Part shown: piece after piece, positions 8,690 to 18,860 of the stretch
Numbering within the stretch: position 1 is the first letter of the stretch
Layout of the letters: the number at the start of each line of letters is the position of its first letter
From: Alphaproteobacteria bacterium
GTDB taxonomy: Bacteria; Pseudomonadota; Alphaproteobacteria; JAAXGF01
Reading direction: 5' to 3'
Assembly: GCA_963555825.3 (NCBI GenBank)
Contig: CAUVXB020000002.1
Span: 2,752,001 to 2,816,000, forward strand
DNA: 64,000 nt
Translations under genes and position numbers: made by a program
Notes under the pieces: generated by a model
Databases searched by the model: none
Seen by the model: the letters and a program-made list of their open reading frames with translations, nothing else
Told to the model about the DNA's origin: nothing

Positions 8690-10490
8690 GACGGGGCGGT
8701 AAAAAGTTGTTGGCCGATGGCGTGCTTGTACAGGTCTTTGCGGTTCGGTGAAGAATATTTGCCTGTCTCCGCGTTGCTGGTGGATAAAACCTGATATTAC
8801 CTACCCTTGGCTTCTCCTTGGCTTCGTTTTTTATGGTGCGATTGCCGCGCAGCGTCGGATATTGAGGCCGAGGGCACGCAGATTGACCACGTAGCGCATG
8901 GCCGGCATGCCGCGAATGCGTAGGTGAGCCAGGTTCATCTGGTACTTTAATCGCGACATGGTCGCTTCTATGCCGGCCCGCCATCTGTAGACGTCGCGGA
9001 AGGCATCGCTTTGTTCATAAAGCCGGCGCTTTTGGTTGGCAGCCCTGGCCGGGGTATATTGAAAGCGGGAAAATTGGCCGTCACGCTTGGCCGCCTGCAC
9101 GGGACATCGCAGTATATCGGGACATTTTTGGCAGATGGAGAGGTCGAAACGGGCCTGCAGCTTGGCTTTGGCGAGCGAGGCTGAAACCGGTTCGACGTTA
9201 TTGGGACAGCGCAAGACCAAGCCTTCTTCGTTGAGAGTGAAATCCTCCAACGTCAACCGTCCCGAGACGGCGCCTTTCGGCGGTCGTGCGGGCGCCACGA
9301 GATTGATGTTCTGTTCGCGCGTCAGAGCCATGTTGTCACTGGAACCGTAATGTGAATCACCCAGCATCACCGCCGGCGTCAGCGCGCGCTCGCTCAGATC
9401 ATCCAGCGCATCGGCTAAGCGATGGCCGTCATGCACCGTCATCTTGTGGACCTCCACGTGGGTGATGAGGTCCGGTGTCGCGGCAACCGCCTCGTTACTG
9501 ACATCTTCACAATAGGTTTCGACGATCTGCGCCATGTATCCTTGACCCTTGTGCGCGTTGTAGCTCGCGTCCGGGTCGGCCGGATTGCCGACGGTATCGC
9601 ACGGCACATCCTTTGGATCTCGAATCGCGGCGCGCGTTGCGTCACGATCGCCATACTCATCATCAACGATCTCGAACTGATCGCGCAGAACCCTCTCCAG
9701 GATCGCAAAACTGAAAAGCTTTGCCGCCGCCGTGTCACGGAATTGCAGCACCAGGGCTAGGAGATACTGACCCGCTTCGCCGAGGCGCCGTTTTGAAACA
9801 CTCGGCGCCGTATTCGCGAACGCGCCATTACCCTCGCGATCGACATAGCGGCGGATCACCTCCTTGCTGATCTGCTCGTGCAGACCGGGATGATATCGCT
9901 CAAGCTCACGGGCAAACTTCGAGATGCTCTCAACAACGATACCAAGTCGTGTCAGCGCCCGCATTGCCGAACGAAGGGCCGTCGAATCCATGCGTTGGTG
10001 GCTGGTATCGACAGAGAACCCCTGCACCAGCCGATCCGTCAAACACCGGAACAGCAATTCATCGAGACCTTGTTCGATAAACAGACGGCGATAGTTGCGC
10101 AGGGTTTTCTCACAGAAATAGCTGTCCGCTTCGCTGCGCACGTCCAAGGCATAGTGCCACGCCATATTGAAGGCCAGGGCCTCGACGGTCTCTGCATCGC
10201 TCAGATCGTGCAGCTGCTGCAAAAGCAAGACCCCGATGACAACGTGTAGATCCTTCGATGGTCGGCCCATGCGTTCATCAAGGTGACGGCAAAGATCGTC
10301 AACCGGAAGTTCGACAAGCAGATGGTTCCGAAAAACCCCGGCCCAGGATTGCTCCATCAGGCGCCGACGTTTGTCCCCGAAATCGGACCAGCGATCAAAC
10401 AATTCCCCAGTCCGTCGGTCGCGTAAAGTAAACATGCACAATTATAATCCAGCCGACTCTCATGAGGAATCGACTTTTTACCGCCCCGTC
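8690..10490 (-). mobile_element. IS1182/IS5-type element
   Basis: Perfect 18-bp IR GACGGGGCGGTAAAAAGT; 7-bp TSD GAATCTT (8683-8689, 10491-10497). Confidence 0.92.
8831..10435 (-). CDS. IS1182-like DDE transposase
   Basis: GRPS, RMDST, DPDASY, GDSHYG, YRWRAGIEATMSRLK. Confidence 0.9.
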   Translation of the reverse strand: MFTLRDRRTGELFDRWSDFGDKRRRLMEQSWAGVFRNHLLVELPVDDLCRHLDERMGRPSKDLHVVIGVLLLQQLHDLSDAETVEALAFNMAWHYALDVRSEADSYFCEKTLRNYRRLFIEQGLDELLFRCLTDRLVQGFSVDTSHQRMDSTALRSAMRALTRLGIVVESISKFARELERYHPGLHEQISKEVIRRYVDREGNGAFANTAPSVSKRRLGEAGQYLLALVLQFRDTAAAKLFSFAILERVLRDQFEIVDDEYGDRDATRAAIRDPKDVPCDTVGNPADPDASYNAHKGQGYMAQIVETYCEDVSNEAVAATPDLITHVEVHKMTVHDGHRLADALDDLSERALTPAVMLGDSHYGSSDNMALTREQNINLVAPARPPKGAVSGRLTLEDFTLNEEGLVLRCPNNVEPVSASLAKAKLQARFDLSICQKCPDILRCPVQAAKRDGQFSRFQYTPARAANQKRRLYEQSDAFRDVYRWRAGIEATMSRLKYQMNLAHLRIRGMPAMRYVVNLRALGLNIRRCAAIAP

Positions 10491-10569
10491 GAATCTTGGT
10501 GATGGAGAATGAAGGCGGCGTATCCTGGCGTTGATGAAGACGCCAATTTTCCGAAGAAAGGGATACGCC

Positions 10570-11826
10570 ATGAAAGACGATACAGTTGTTGCGTTGCGCC
10601 AGCCAGAGTCATTTTCCGACGATCCGCTGACGGAGATATTGCGCGCCGGCGCCCGGCAGTTGCTTGGCCAGGCGATTGAAGCGGAAGTTGCCGCCCATAT
10701 TGAAGCCCATGCCGATTTGACCGACGCTTCGGGCCGGCGCCGTATTGTCCGTCACGGGCACATGCCGGAACGCGAGGTTCAGACCGGGATCGGAGCTGTG
10801 ACGGTGAAGCGGCCAAGAGTGCGAGACCGAGATCCACAGGCCACGGGCGGGCGCATCCGTTTCACGTCATCGATCCTGCCGCCTTATCTCAGGCGCGCCA
10901 AGTCGGTCGAGGCGCTTCTGCCCTGGCTTTATCTGAAGGGCATCTCCAGCGGCGACTTTTCGGAGGCCCTGGCGGCGCTGCTGGGACCGGACGCGCCGGG
11001 CCTGACGGCCAGCACCATTGGCCGGCTGAAAGCGGTCTGGTGGGACGAATACGAAGCCTGGCAAAAGCGCGACCTTTCGGCTCGGCGCTACGTCTATTTT
11101 TGGGCCGACGGGGTCTACTTCTCGCCTCGCATGGACCATGACAAACAGTGTGTTCTGGTGATCATCGGCGCCGACGCCATGGGCAACAAGGACATCGTCG
11201 GCATGGTCGACGGTTATCGAGAGAGCGCGCAAAGCTGGAAGGAACTGCTGCTTGATCTCAAGCGCCGGGGCTTGGAGACCGGCCCCGAGTTGGCCGTCGG
11301 CGACGGCGCCTTGGGCTTCTGGAAGGCGCTACGCGAGGTTTACGGAGAGACCAGGGTGCAGCGTTGCTGGGTCCACAAGACCGCCAACGTGCTCAACCAG
11401 ATGCCCAAATCCCTGCAGGCCAAAGCCAAGGGCCATCTGCACGACATCTGGATGGCCGAGACTAGGGCCGACGCCGAAGCCGCCTTCGACTTCTTCATCG
11501 CAGCCTACGGCGCAAAATACCACAAGGCCGCAGAGCGCCTGGTCAAGGACCGTGAACGCCTGCTGAGCTTCTACGACTTCCCGGCCGAGCACTGGAAGCA
11601 CATCCGCACCACCAACCCCATCGAAAGCACCTTCGCCACGGTGCGCCTGAGGACCGTGAAGACCAAGGGGTGCCTGAGCCGCAAGACGGCGCTCGCCATG
11701 GCCTTCAAACTGATCTTGAGTGCCAGGCGGAAATGGCGGAAGCTGGACGGATCAAATCAACTCGCCGAACTCGTCGAAGGAGTGCCGTTCAAGGACGGAA
11801 TCAAGATAACCAAACACGCCGCCTGA
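10570..11826 (+). CDS. IS256-family transposase
   Basis: YFWADG, GYRES, GDGALGFW, QRCWVHK, RTTNPIES. Confidence 0.95.
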   Translation: MKDDTVVALRQPESFSDDPLTEILRAGARQLLGQAIEAEVAAHIEAHADLTDASGRRRIVRHGHMPEREVQTGIGAVTVKRPRVRDRDPQATGGRIRFTSSILPPYLRRAKSVEALLPWLYLKGISSGDFSEALAALLGPDAPGLTASTIGRLKAVWWDEYEAWQKRDLSARRYVYFWADGVYFSPRMDHDKQCVLVIIGADAMGNKDIVGMVDGYRESAQSWKELLLDLKRRGLETGPELAVGDGALGFWKALREVYGETRVQRCWVHKTANVLNQMPKSLQAKAKGHLHDIWMAETRADAEAAFDFFIAAYGAKYHKAAERLVKDRERLLSFYDFPAEHWKHIRTTNPIESTFATVRLRTVKTKGCLSRKTALAMAFKLILSARRKWRKLDGSNQLAELVEGVPFKDGIKITKHAA

Positions 11827-11857
11827 TAGCTCCGTCACCAACTTTCGGACATAGCTC

Positions 11858-12805
11858 CGCCGCCTGGCGCCGGCGGCACTGTCCCGCGAGAGCATCGTTG
11901 AGGGCCTCGAAGCTCTCGGCCCGCGGGACGGGGACCAGGAAGTTCCGCCGGATGAAGCCGACCAGTCCCTCGACCTTGCCTTTGTCGTTGCCCTTGCCCG
12001 GCCGGCCGAACCTGTCCTCGAACAGATAGTGGGATTGAAGTTCCGTGAAGACGCGCGTTCGCTGCCGCTTCCCATCGCCCAGGATGCGGGCGACTGCCAG
12101 CTTGGTGTTGTCGTACAGGATGGAGCGGGGGACGCCGCCGAAGAACGCAACCGCCGCGTTGTGGCCATCGCAGAACGCCTCGGTCGTCTCCGCCGGGTAG
12201 GCCTTCACGAAGCAGGCATCACTGTGGGGAAGATCGAAGGCAAGGAAGTGGACCTTGCGCGCCACGCCGCCGATCACCGCCATCGCCTCGCCGAAGTCCG
12301 CCTGGGCGTGGCCGGGGGAATGGACGAGCGGCACGAACATCTCGCGCGACCGAAGCCGCCGCTCACGGACATAGTCCTTCACGATGGTGTAGCCGCCGGT
12401 GAACCCGTACTCGTCCCGGAGACGGTCGAAGATCCGCTTCGCCGTGTGCCGTTGCTTGTGGTGGCTGGTCCGATCGTCTTCCAGAATCCGATCGATGATC
12501 CCCGTGAACGGACCCAGCTTCGGCCGCCGTGGCGGCTTGCCGCGGCGATACCCCGGCGGCACCGAGAACGACAGCATCTTGCGTACCGTCTTGCGGTCCA
12601 GCCCGAACACCCGCGAGGCCTCGCGGGTGCTCATTCCCTCGACACGACACGCCCGCCGGACCCGCGCGTACATCTCCACCCGATACATCCCCCCGCCTTC
12701 CAGTCAGAGCAACCCTGACAGAAGGCTATACGCGGTCCCATTTTGGTCCGCCACAGCCGGATCAACCGGCCGCTTCAGTGGGGGATTATTGCGCCGCCGT
12801 TCTCA
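11858..12805 (-). pseudogene. istA: IS21-family left end and truncated istA
   Basis: HAQADFGEA, LYDNTK, KGKVEG; TG..GGCGGCGCAA end; cut by IS256 at 11857; no istB. Confidence 0.88.
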
Positions 12806-13263
12806 CCCTGGCCCAGGCGCCGCCGCCCGCCGCACTTGAAGCGGGCTGCGATCCCGGGATCCGCGAGGCGCTGGCGGCGAGCGCCGCGCGGGGCGTCGAG
12901 CAGGATCTCGCCGTTATCCGCAATCCCGATCAGGGTATTCGCGATCCGGACTCGATCCTCGACTTCTCCTGCCTGGAGGACCTCTTCAACTACCGGGCCT
13001 TCGACGTGCTGTTCGATCCCGGCCGCGCGCTCGAGGAAATCCTCGGTCTCGCGCAGCGCCGGGTCTGTGAGATCGCGCGGAACACCTACCGCGGCTATGT
13101 CGGGCGCACGCTGGACGCCTCGGTCTATACCTCCCGGCTGCCCCGGTTGCCGGGTCTGCACCGCCTGCCGGGGCTCGATACCGACGCCCGGAACGGCAAC
13201 ATCCTGCAAGACAGTGGGGTCAACGCCGAACGCTTCCGCAGCATCCTGGGAGGTGGGCAATGA
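12806..13263 (+). pseudogene. 5'-truncated exported conjugation protein (TraV-like)
   Basis: Three-Cys pattern GC..SCLE..LEEIL..VC; stop overlaps next ATG; 5' end cut by IS21. Confidence 0.5.
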
Positions 13264-14411
13264 GTACCCCCGTTCGTTGCCGCACGGTCTTCCATGCCGT
13301 GATCCTTGCCACGGCGCTGACCGCAAGGTTGGCGGTTCCGCCCGCGCACGCCCATTCGCCGTGCGATCCGACCGACAACGACCGGGCCGAGGCGAGCCGC
13401 GTGCTCGCCGGTCTCACCCGTGAAATCGACGTCATGGAAGCCACAATCGTCGAGGCTCTTCGCCTGCAAACGGGCCAGCTCTCGGGTTATGCGGCGCAAA
13501 GCGCCAAGGCGGTGACCGGCGCGCTCGACGCCCAGACCAAGCTTCAGGCGCAGATCGCCCGCGAGGTCGAGGAAACCAGGGCCATGCGCGCCCGCCGGCC
13601 GACGGACAGCGGCTGCGCCGCGATCACCGGCCTGGCCGGGCTTGCCGCGGCACGGCAAGCAGCCGAAAGCGCCTATGGGCGAGCCGCGGACGCTGAGACG
13701 GGGCGTATCGCGGGCGACCGCGCCGCCGTTCCCGATGCCGGCGCCGCCGCCGGCAACGCGGCCCGCTTCGAGAGCCTGACGAGTACCTATTGCAACGGCG
13801 CGCGGGCCGGGGAGGATGCCGCGCTCTGCCGGGGCGGGGATGCGCTCCACGCCGCCGATCTCAAAGCCGGAAACCTGTTCGACCGGCGCACCTTCGCGAA
13901 CGAAGCGGAACTGCGCACGGCGGTCGAGCTGTCGCGCAATCTCGCCGTCCCCGTGGTGCACGACCCGCCGGCGCTGGCCTCCGCCGAGACCGATCAGGAG
14001 CGCCGCCGCATCCTGCTCGCCCGCTCCGCCGACGCCCGCGCCGCGCTGGCCGGCGACTACTTCGCCCATGCCCGCGCATTGCGCGCACCGGGCGCCGCGC
14101 TCGGAGCCTGGGCCGCTCTGGCCGCGCCGGGACGCAATGCGGCAACCCCGGTCAGCCGCTATGAGCTTCTGGAGCTGCTCGCCAGCCGCCGGTTCGAGAA
14201 CCCCGGCTGGTTCGTCGGTCTGCAAGCGATGAGCCAGGAGAACCTGCTGCGCGAGCTGGTCACCCTGCAAGCGGTCTCGCTGATGCTCGACTGGCGCCGC
14301 TACCGGCTCGATGAACGGCGTGGCGCCATCGGCGCCACTGGGCTGGCGTTGGCTGCCGAAGGCATGCGCCTTCTGCCCGGCCTCGCCAACCCGGCTGCCG
14401 GAGCGAACTGA
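13260..14411 (+). CDS. TraW/IcmX-like exported conjugal transfer protein
   Basis: Signal peptide AHA; YC..LC; C-terminal RRFENPGW..ENLLRE..ER; directly upstream of dotA/traY. Confidence 0.65.
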   Translation: MSTPVRCRTVFHAVILATALTARLAVPPAHAHSPCDPTDNDRAEASRVLAGLTREIDVMEATIVEALRLQTGQLSGYAAQSAKAVTGALDAQTKLQAQIAREVEETRAMRARRPTDSGCAAITGLAGLAAARQAAESAYGRAADAETGRIAGDRAAVPDAGAAAGNAARFESLTSTYCNGARAGEDAALCRGGDALHAADLKAGNLFDRRTFANEAELRTAVELSRNLAVPVVHDPPALASAETDQERRRILLARSADARAALAGDYFAHARALRAPGAALGAWAALAAPGRNAATPVSRYELLELLASRRFENPGWFVGLQAMSQENLLRELVTLQAVSLMLDWRRYRLDERRGAIGATGLALAAEGMRLLPGLANPAAGAN

Positions 14412-14416
14412 CCGCC

Positions 14417-16753
14417 ATGAGCGCGCTCCGCTTCCTGTTCGCCCCGGAGTTGACCCGCTCCTTCACGGACGCGGTGCGGTCTTCTGCCGAACTGATCCAG
14501 CGGATGGGAGTGCGCCGTGACGGGCCAATCGACGGCGCGCCGGCGAACAGGCGCTTGGCAATATCAGCGAACGTTGCAAATGAGGAAGCGAAGGAAAATA
14601 AAGCCACAAATGCCAGAACCGAAAAAGGGCCAAGTCTGCTGCGGAAGACGCGCCTGCTTTCCTGTATCGGCATTCTGGTCCTGCTCGCCGGTGCCGCATT
14701 TATCGGTATAGGTATCGCGGGCCTGCTGCTGGCCGAACCGGCGGCGGCACAGACCATCGGCCGGGGCCTGTTCGCCGATGCCGACCAAGCTACGCGGGAC
14801 GTGCTGGCCTTTCTCGGCGATATCGGCGCGGGCCGCAGCTCCGTGCTCGGCGGCATGCTGTTCGTCTTCAACGGCGGTGTGCTGGCGCTGGCGGGGTTCC
14901 TGCTGGTCTGGCACACGGTGGCCGGCACCCTCGATACCGCCCGCGAGGGCCGCTTCGGCTTCGGCGCCTGGGAGATCGTGCGCATCGTTGCCGCCGTTGC
15001 CCTGATGGCGCCGCTGCCGGGCGGCATGAACGGCGCCCAGCACGCTGTCGTGGGCCTCGCCCATCTCGGAGGGGATTTCGCCAACGCCGTCTGGGAGCCG
15101 TTCTCGGAAGAGGCGCTCGGCGAAGGCGAGCCCATCGCGCCCCGGCCCCGTGAAACGGTCTGGCGCGCCGCCATCGCCCGAACCCTGATCCTGGAGACCT
15201 GCCGGTATGCGGCCAACGGCAGCGCCGCCCGCGCAGGGGATGCACCCTATATAGAACTCCGAGAGTCCGACGAGGCCTACAAAAGCCCTGGAACCGTCCG
15301 GGTCCGGCGCATCGGGGCGAGGATCCTGCATTACGACGGCGCCGGGCGCAGCATGCCGGGCGATCTGTGCGGCGCGATCCGCTTCGCCGGGCTCGCGGCG
15401 GAAGGCGCACGCGGCATCGCCGCCGAGGGGCACCGTAACGCGCTGGCCGGGCTGCTGCCGGAGATCCGCGCCGTCGCCACCGATCTCGCCGGCCATTATG
15501 TGACCGGATCGCCCGTCTACGGCCGGCCCTTGCCCGATCTCGATGCCCTGCTTGAGGGCCGGGGCCTGGCCGAGCGTTATGCGGGCGTGCTCGATACGGC
15601 GCTTGCCCGCGCCGCTTCCGAGGAACGCGCGGAGCTTGCCCGTGTGGTGGCCGAGGATGCCAAGGCGGCAAGCTGGATGTCGGCCGCGAGCTTCTTCAAC
15701 ACCATCGCCCACCGCACCGGCCTGTTTCAGGCCGCCGCCCACAATATTCCGGGCGTCAGCCTGCCGCCGCCGAGCCTGGGGCAATGGGCGCCCGCCGCCG
15801 ATGCCGCCGTCAAGGGACTGACGACTGCCCTGGTCCAGTCGCGCGGCTACCAGCCCATGCTGTTTTCCGCCGCTGCCAGTGGAGCCGCCGCGTTGCCCGC
15901 GCCGGGCGGTGGCGGCGCCATGGCGGCGGGTCTCATGGAGTTCATCGACCTCGACAGCGTGATCGTCGCCGACAGCGGCAATCCCATTGCCGATCTCGCT
16001 TCCCTCGGACACGGCCTGATGAACGCGGCGCTGGCCGCCACGGCCGCGCTGATGGGTGCGGCGGCAGGATCGGGGCTGCTCGAATCCGTGCCCTTCGTCG
16101 GCAAGGGCCTCGATATGTTCGAATCCGTCTGGCAGGTCGCCGACGGCTTCGTCTCCACCGTGCTCGGGCTCCTGCTGATGGCCGGCGCGGTGCTCGCCTA
16201 CCTGCTGCCGGCACTGCCCTTCATCCGTTTCCTGTTTGCCATCCTCGGCTGGATCGTGACCGTCGCCGTGGCGGTACTGGCCGTCACCGTGTTCGCCGCC
16301 GCCCATGTGACGCGCGGCGACGGCAACCGGCTCGCGACACAGGCCACCCGCCTGGGCTGGCTGTTCCTGCCCGGGCTGATCCTGCGCCCGCCGCTGATGC
16401 TGTTCGGCCTGATTGCGGGCTATTTCGTGTTCCTGGCCGGGATCGGGCTGTTCAACGAGGTCTGGCTGCCGCAGATGCGCGACGCGGGCGCGTCGGGCGG
16501 CCTCGGTCCCATCGGCTTCCTCGCCATGCTCACCCTCTACGTGATGATCGCCTACGGGCTGATGAACGCCTCGTTCAAGCTCATCGACCTGCTGCCCTCG
16601 GCCGTCCTCGACTGGATCGGCGGCAGAGGCAGTACGGGCGAGGACGGCGGCGAGCGGGTCGGAGGTGCTGCCGCCGGCGCCATCTCGCGGGTGGGCGGTT
16701 TGCGGATCGGCGCGGGGCCGCGGCGCGGCGGCGGCATTGCCGGGAGCCGGTAA
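14417..16753 (+). CDS. DotA/TraY-family type IVB secretion membrane protein
   Basis: Multi-TM; LAYLLPALPFI..LGWI, LRPPLMLFG, LPSAVLDWIGG. Confidence 0.85.
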   Translation: MSALRFLFAPELTRSFTDAVRSSAELIQRMGVRRDGPIDGAPANRRLAISANVANEEAKENKATNARTEKGPSLLRKTRLLSCIGILVLLAGAAFIGIGIAGLLLAEPAAAQTIGRGLFADADQATRDVLAFLGDIGAGRSSVLGGMLFVFNGGVLALAGFLLVWHTVAGTLDTAREGRFGFGAWEIVRIVAAVALMAPLPGGMNGAQHAVVGLAHLGGDFANAVWEPFSEEALGEGEPIAPRPRETVWRAAIARTLILETCRYAANGSAARAGDAPYIELRESDEAYKSPGTVRVRRIGARILHYDGAGRSMPGDLCGAIRFAGLAAEGARGIAAEGHRNALAGLLPEIRAVATDLAGHYVTGSPVYGRPLPDLDALLEGRGLAERYAGVLDTALARAASEERAELARVVAEDAKAASWMSAASFFNTIAHRTGLFQAAAHNIPGVSLPPPSLGQWAPAADAAVKGLTTALVQSRGYQPMLFSAAASGAAALPAPGGGGAMAAGLMEFIDLDSVIVADSGNPIADLASLGHGLMNAALAATAALMGAAAGSGLLESVPFVGKGLDMFESVWQVADGFVSTVLGLLLMAGAVLAYLLPALPFIRFLFAILGWIVTVAVAVLAVTVFAAAHVTRGDGNRLATQATRLGWLFLPGLILRPPLMLFGLIAGYFVFLAGIGLFNEVWLPQMRDAGASGGLGPIGFLAMLTLYVMIAYGLMNASFKLIDLLPSAVLDWIGGRGSTGEDGGERVGGAAAGAISRVGGLRIGAGPRRGGGIAGSR

Positions 16754-16871
16754 TGATTCACACAGATCGAAATATCCATACCGCAACACACGGCGGGCGA
16801 TGCCGGATCGGAGGCGTCGACGAACGCCCTCCGGATCGGTCTGGAATTACGCCTGCAACCAATGAAGGAGT

Positions 16872-18860
16872 TTGAAACCTGTGCGTTTCCTGCCGATCTG
16901 CATCTCTGTCCTGCTGCTTGCCGCGGGCGCCGGCTGTTCAGCCTACCTGCTGGAGCGTCTCCGCTCCTCCCATATCAGCCTCGCCATTCTCGGCGCCGTT
17001 CTTACCCTGGTACTGCTGGCCTACTTTGCCACCGGCCGCCAGGAGAAGGGCGCCTGGGTCCGTTTCGGGCTCTACGGGGCCGCAATGATGATCTGCGCCG
17101 CGTCGGTCTGGATGGAGATCGTCCGTCCCGTGCTCGAGGCCTCATCCTTCCCGGGCTTCGTCGACCGGCTCACGCGTCTGAGCGGCTATGAACTGGCCTT
17201 GATCGCCGTGCCGCCACCGGGTTTCGCGATTACCTTCATGCTGTGGTTCGAGGTCCTGATCGACAGCCTCAAATATCTCTCGAGCAATAACCGGCGGCAG
17301 CGGGCCGAGTCCGATCTTTATGGCAAGTCGAAGCTGCTCGGCCGAAGGTTTCTGCGCCGCCTGGCCAAACGCCGGGGCATCCTGCTCGGCCAGTGGGGCG
17401 CGGGCCGCAACGCCAAGCTGATCGGCTGGTCCCTGGAAGGCTCCGCCATCACCGTGGCCCCGCCCCGCGTCGGCAAGGGCGCTCTCATCGCCCTTAACCT
17501 GCTGTCGCCCGGCGACCGGGGGTTCCAGGGATCGACCGTCACCATCGACCCGCGCGGCGAACTTTGGTGCATCGCTGCCCGTCGCAGGCGCGAGCTGGGC
17601 CGCCGGGCATTGTTGATCGATCCTTTCGGTGTGGTGGCCAAGCACAAGGAACAGTTCGAGGAAAAAACCCACCTGCCGAATGTCAGAAGCGCGTTCTACA
17701 ACCCGCTCGACTTCATTCGAGACGATGAAAGTCTCGCCGTGCGTGACATCAATGTCCTGCTCGACGCCCTGCTCACGCCGCCGCGCCCGGGTTCGCACGA
17801 AAGCAGCCGCCATTTCTACGAATCCGCCCGCGCCATCGTCGCCGGTTACATGGCCTGGGTGCGTTTTCGCGAACCGAAACGGAAACGCACCCTCGCCACC
17901 CTTTATCAAATGCTATCGATGCTGCCGAAGCAAAGGGAGGCCTTTGCGAAACATGTCAGGTCCAAGAAGCCTTTTGCCGGCGGGCTCACCCATATCGCGG
18001 TCCAGCGGCAGGCCCAGGTCGGCAAGGAAGAGGGTGGGAGCAACTTCACCACCATCGCCAACCAGCTCGCCTTCCTGAATTACCCCGAATTGCTCGCCCA
18101 CACCCAAGAGTCCAGTTTCAATCCCCTGATCCTGGCAGGCGGCAAGACCGACCTCTTCGTGGTCGCCCCGGAGGAGACCATCGAGCACGTCAAGGGCTGG
18201 CTGCGCCTGTGGGTCGCCATCCCGAACGCCGTCGCTGGTATCAAACCGCTCGAACGCGACCTGCTGATCGTTATCGACGAGATGCCGCGGCTTGGCTACC
18301 TCAAGCCGGTCATGGACGGCTACACCATGGCCGCCGGCAAGGGCGTCCACTTCTGGTGCTTCGCCCAGTCGATCTCGGCGCTCGATTCGACCTGGGGCAA
18401 GGAGCACCGCAAGACCCTCCTGCATCTCGCCGAACTGGTCCAGATTCTGGGCTTCCCGCGCACCGACGCCGAGGGCGCGGAGGAACTCTCCAGGGCCATC
18501 GGCACCGCCACCTTCGAGGCCCGGACCGAAAACCGTTCCGGCACCATTGCCGAGAACCGCATCGTCACCGCCAACACGCAATGGCAGGCCGGCGATTCCC
18601 GCGCCCTGGTGCGCGAGCGCCTGATCACCCCCGACGAACTCATGACGCTTGGGCCCGACCGCCAATACGTCATCGCCTCGCCCAAGGACATGCCGCGCGA
18701 TGCGCTGCATCTCCATCACGCGCGCTACTGGCGCCGCTGGGACTCCCGCGATCTTGCCGATCCCAACCCGTTCGTCATCCGCAAGGACAGCGCCGCGGAT
18801 TCCGGTGAAACGTGGGCGTGGCCACGATTCAAACTACCGTTTGGAGGAAAAACATCATGA
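16872..18860 (+). CDS. VirD4/TraG-family type IV coupling protein
   Basis: N-terminal TMs, DLYG, APPRVGKG, IDPRGEL, YNPLDFI, IDEMPRLG, AQS, ERLITPDEL. Confidence 0.9.
   Translation: MKPVRFLPICISVLLLAAGAGCSAYLLERLRSSHISLAILGAVLTLVLLAYFATGRQEKGAWVRFGLYGAAMMICAASVWMEIVRPVLEASSFPGFVDRLTRLSGYELALIAVPPPGFAITFMLWFEVLIDSLKYLSSNNRRQRAESDLYGKSKLLGRRFLRRLAKRRGILLGQWGAGRNAKLIGWSLEGSAITVAPPRVGKGALIALNLLSPGDRGFQGSTVTIDPRGELWCIAARRRRELGRRALLIDPFGVVAKHKEQFEEKTHLPNVRSAFYNPLDFIRDDESLAVRDINVLLDALLTPPRPGSHESSRHFYESARAIVAGYMAWVRFREPKRKRTLATLYQMLSMLPKQREAFAKHVRSKKPFAGGLTHIAVQRQAQVGKEEGGSNFTTIANQLAFLNYPELLAHTQESSFNPLILAGGKTDLFVVAPEETIEHVKGWLRLWVAIPNAVAGIKPLERDLLIVIDEMPRLGYLKPVMDGYTMAAGKGVHFWCFAQSISALDSTWGKEHRKTLLHLAELVQILGFPRTDAEGAEELSRAIGTATFEARTENRSGTIAENRIVTANTQWQAGDSRALVRERLITPDELMTLGPDRQYVIASPKDMPRDALHLHHARYWRRWDSRDLADPNPFVIRKDSAADSGETWAWPRFKLPFGGKTS

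Larger units (their letters stand above)
8672..11857 (+). mobile_element. IS256-family element with left IR split by an IS1182-type insertion
   Basis: Rejoined left IR GAGCTATAGCTGAATCTTGGTGATGG vs right IR GAGCTATGTCCGAAAGTTGGTGACGG. Confidence 0.85.

Noticed and set aside
14564-16789. 741-aa minus-strand ORF
   Set aside because: Shadow of dotA/traY, as expected at high GC
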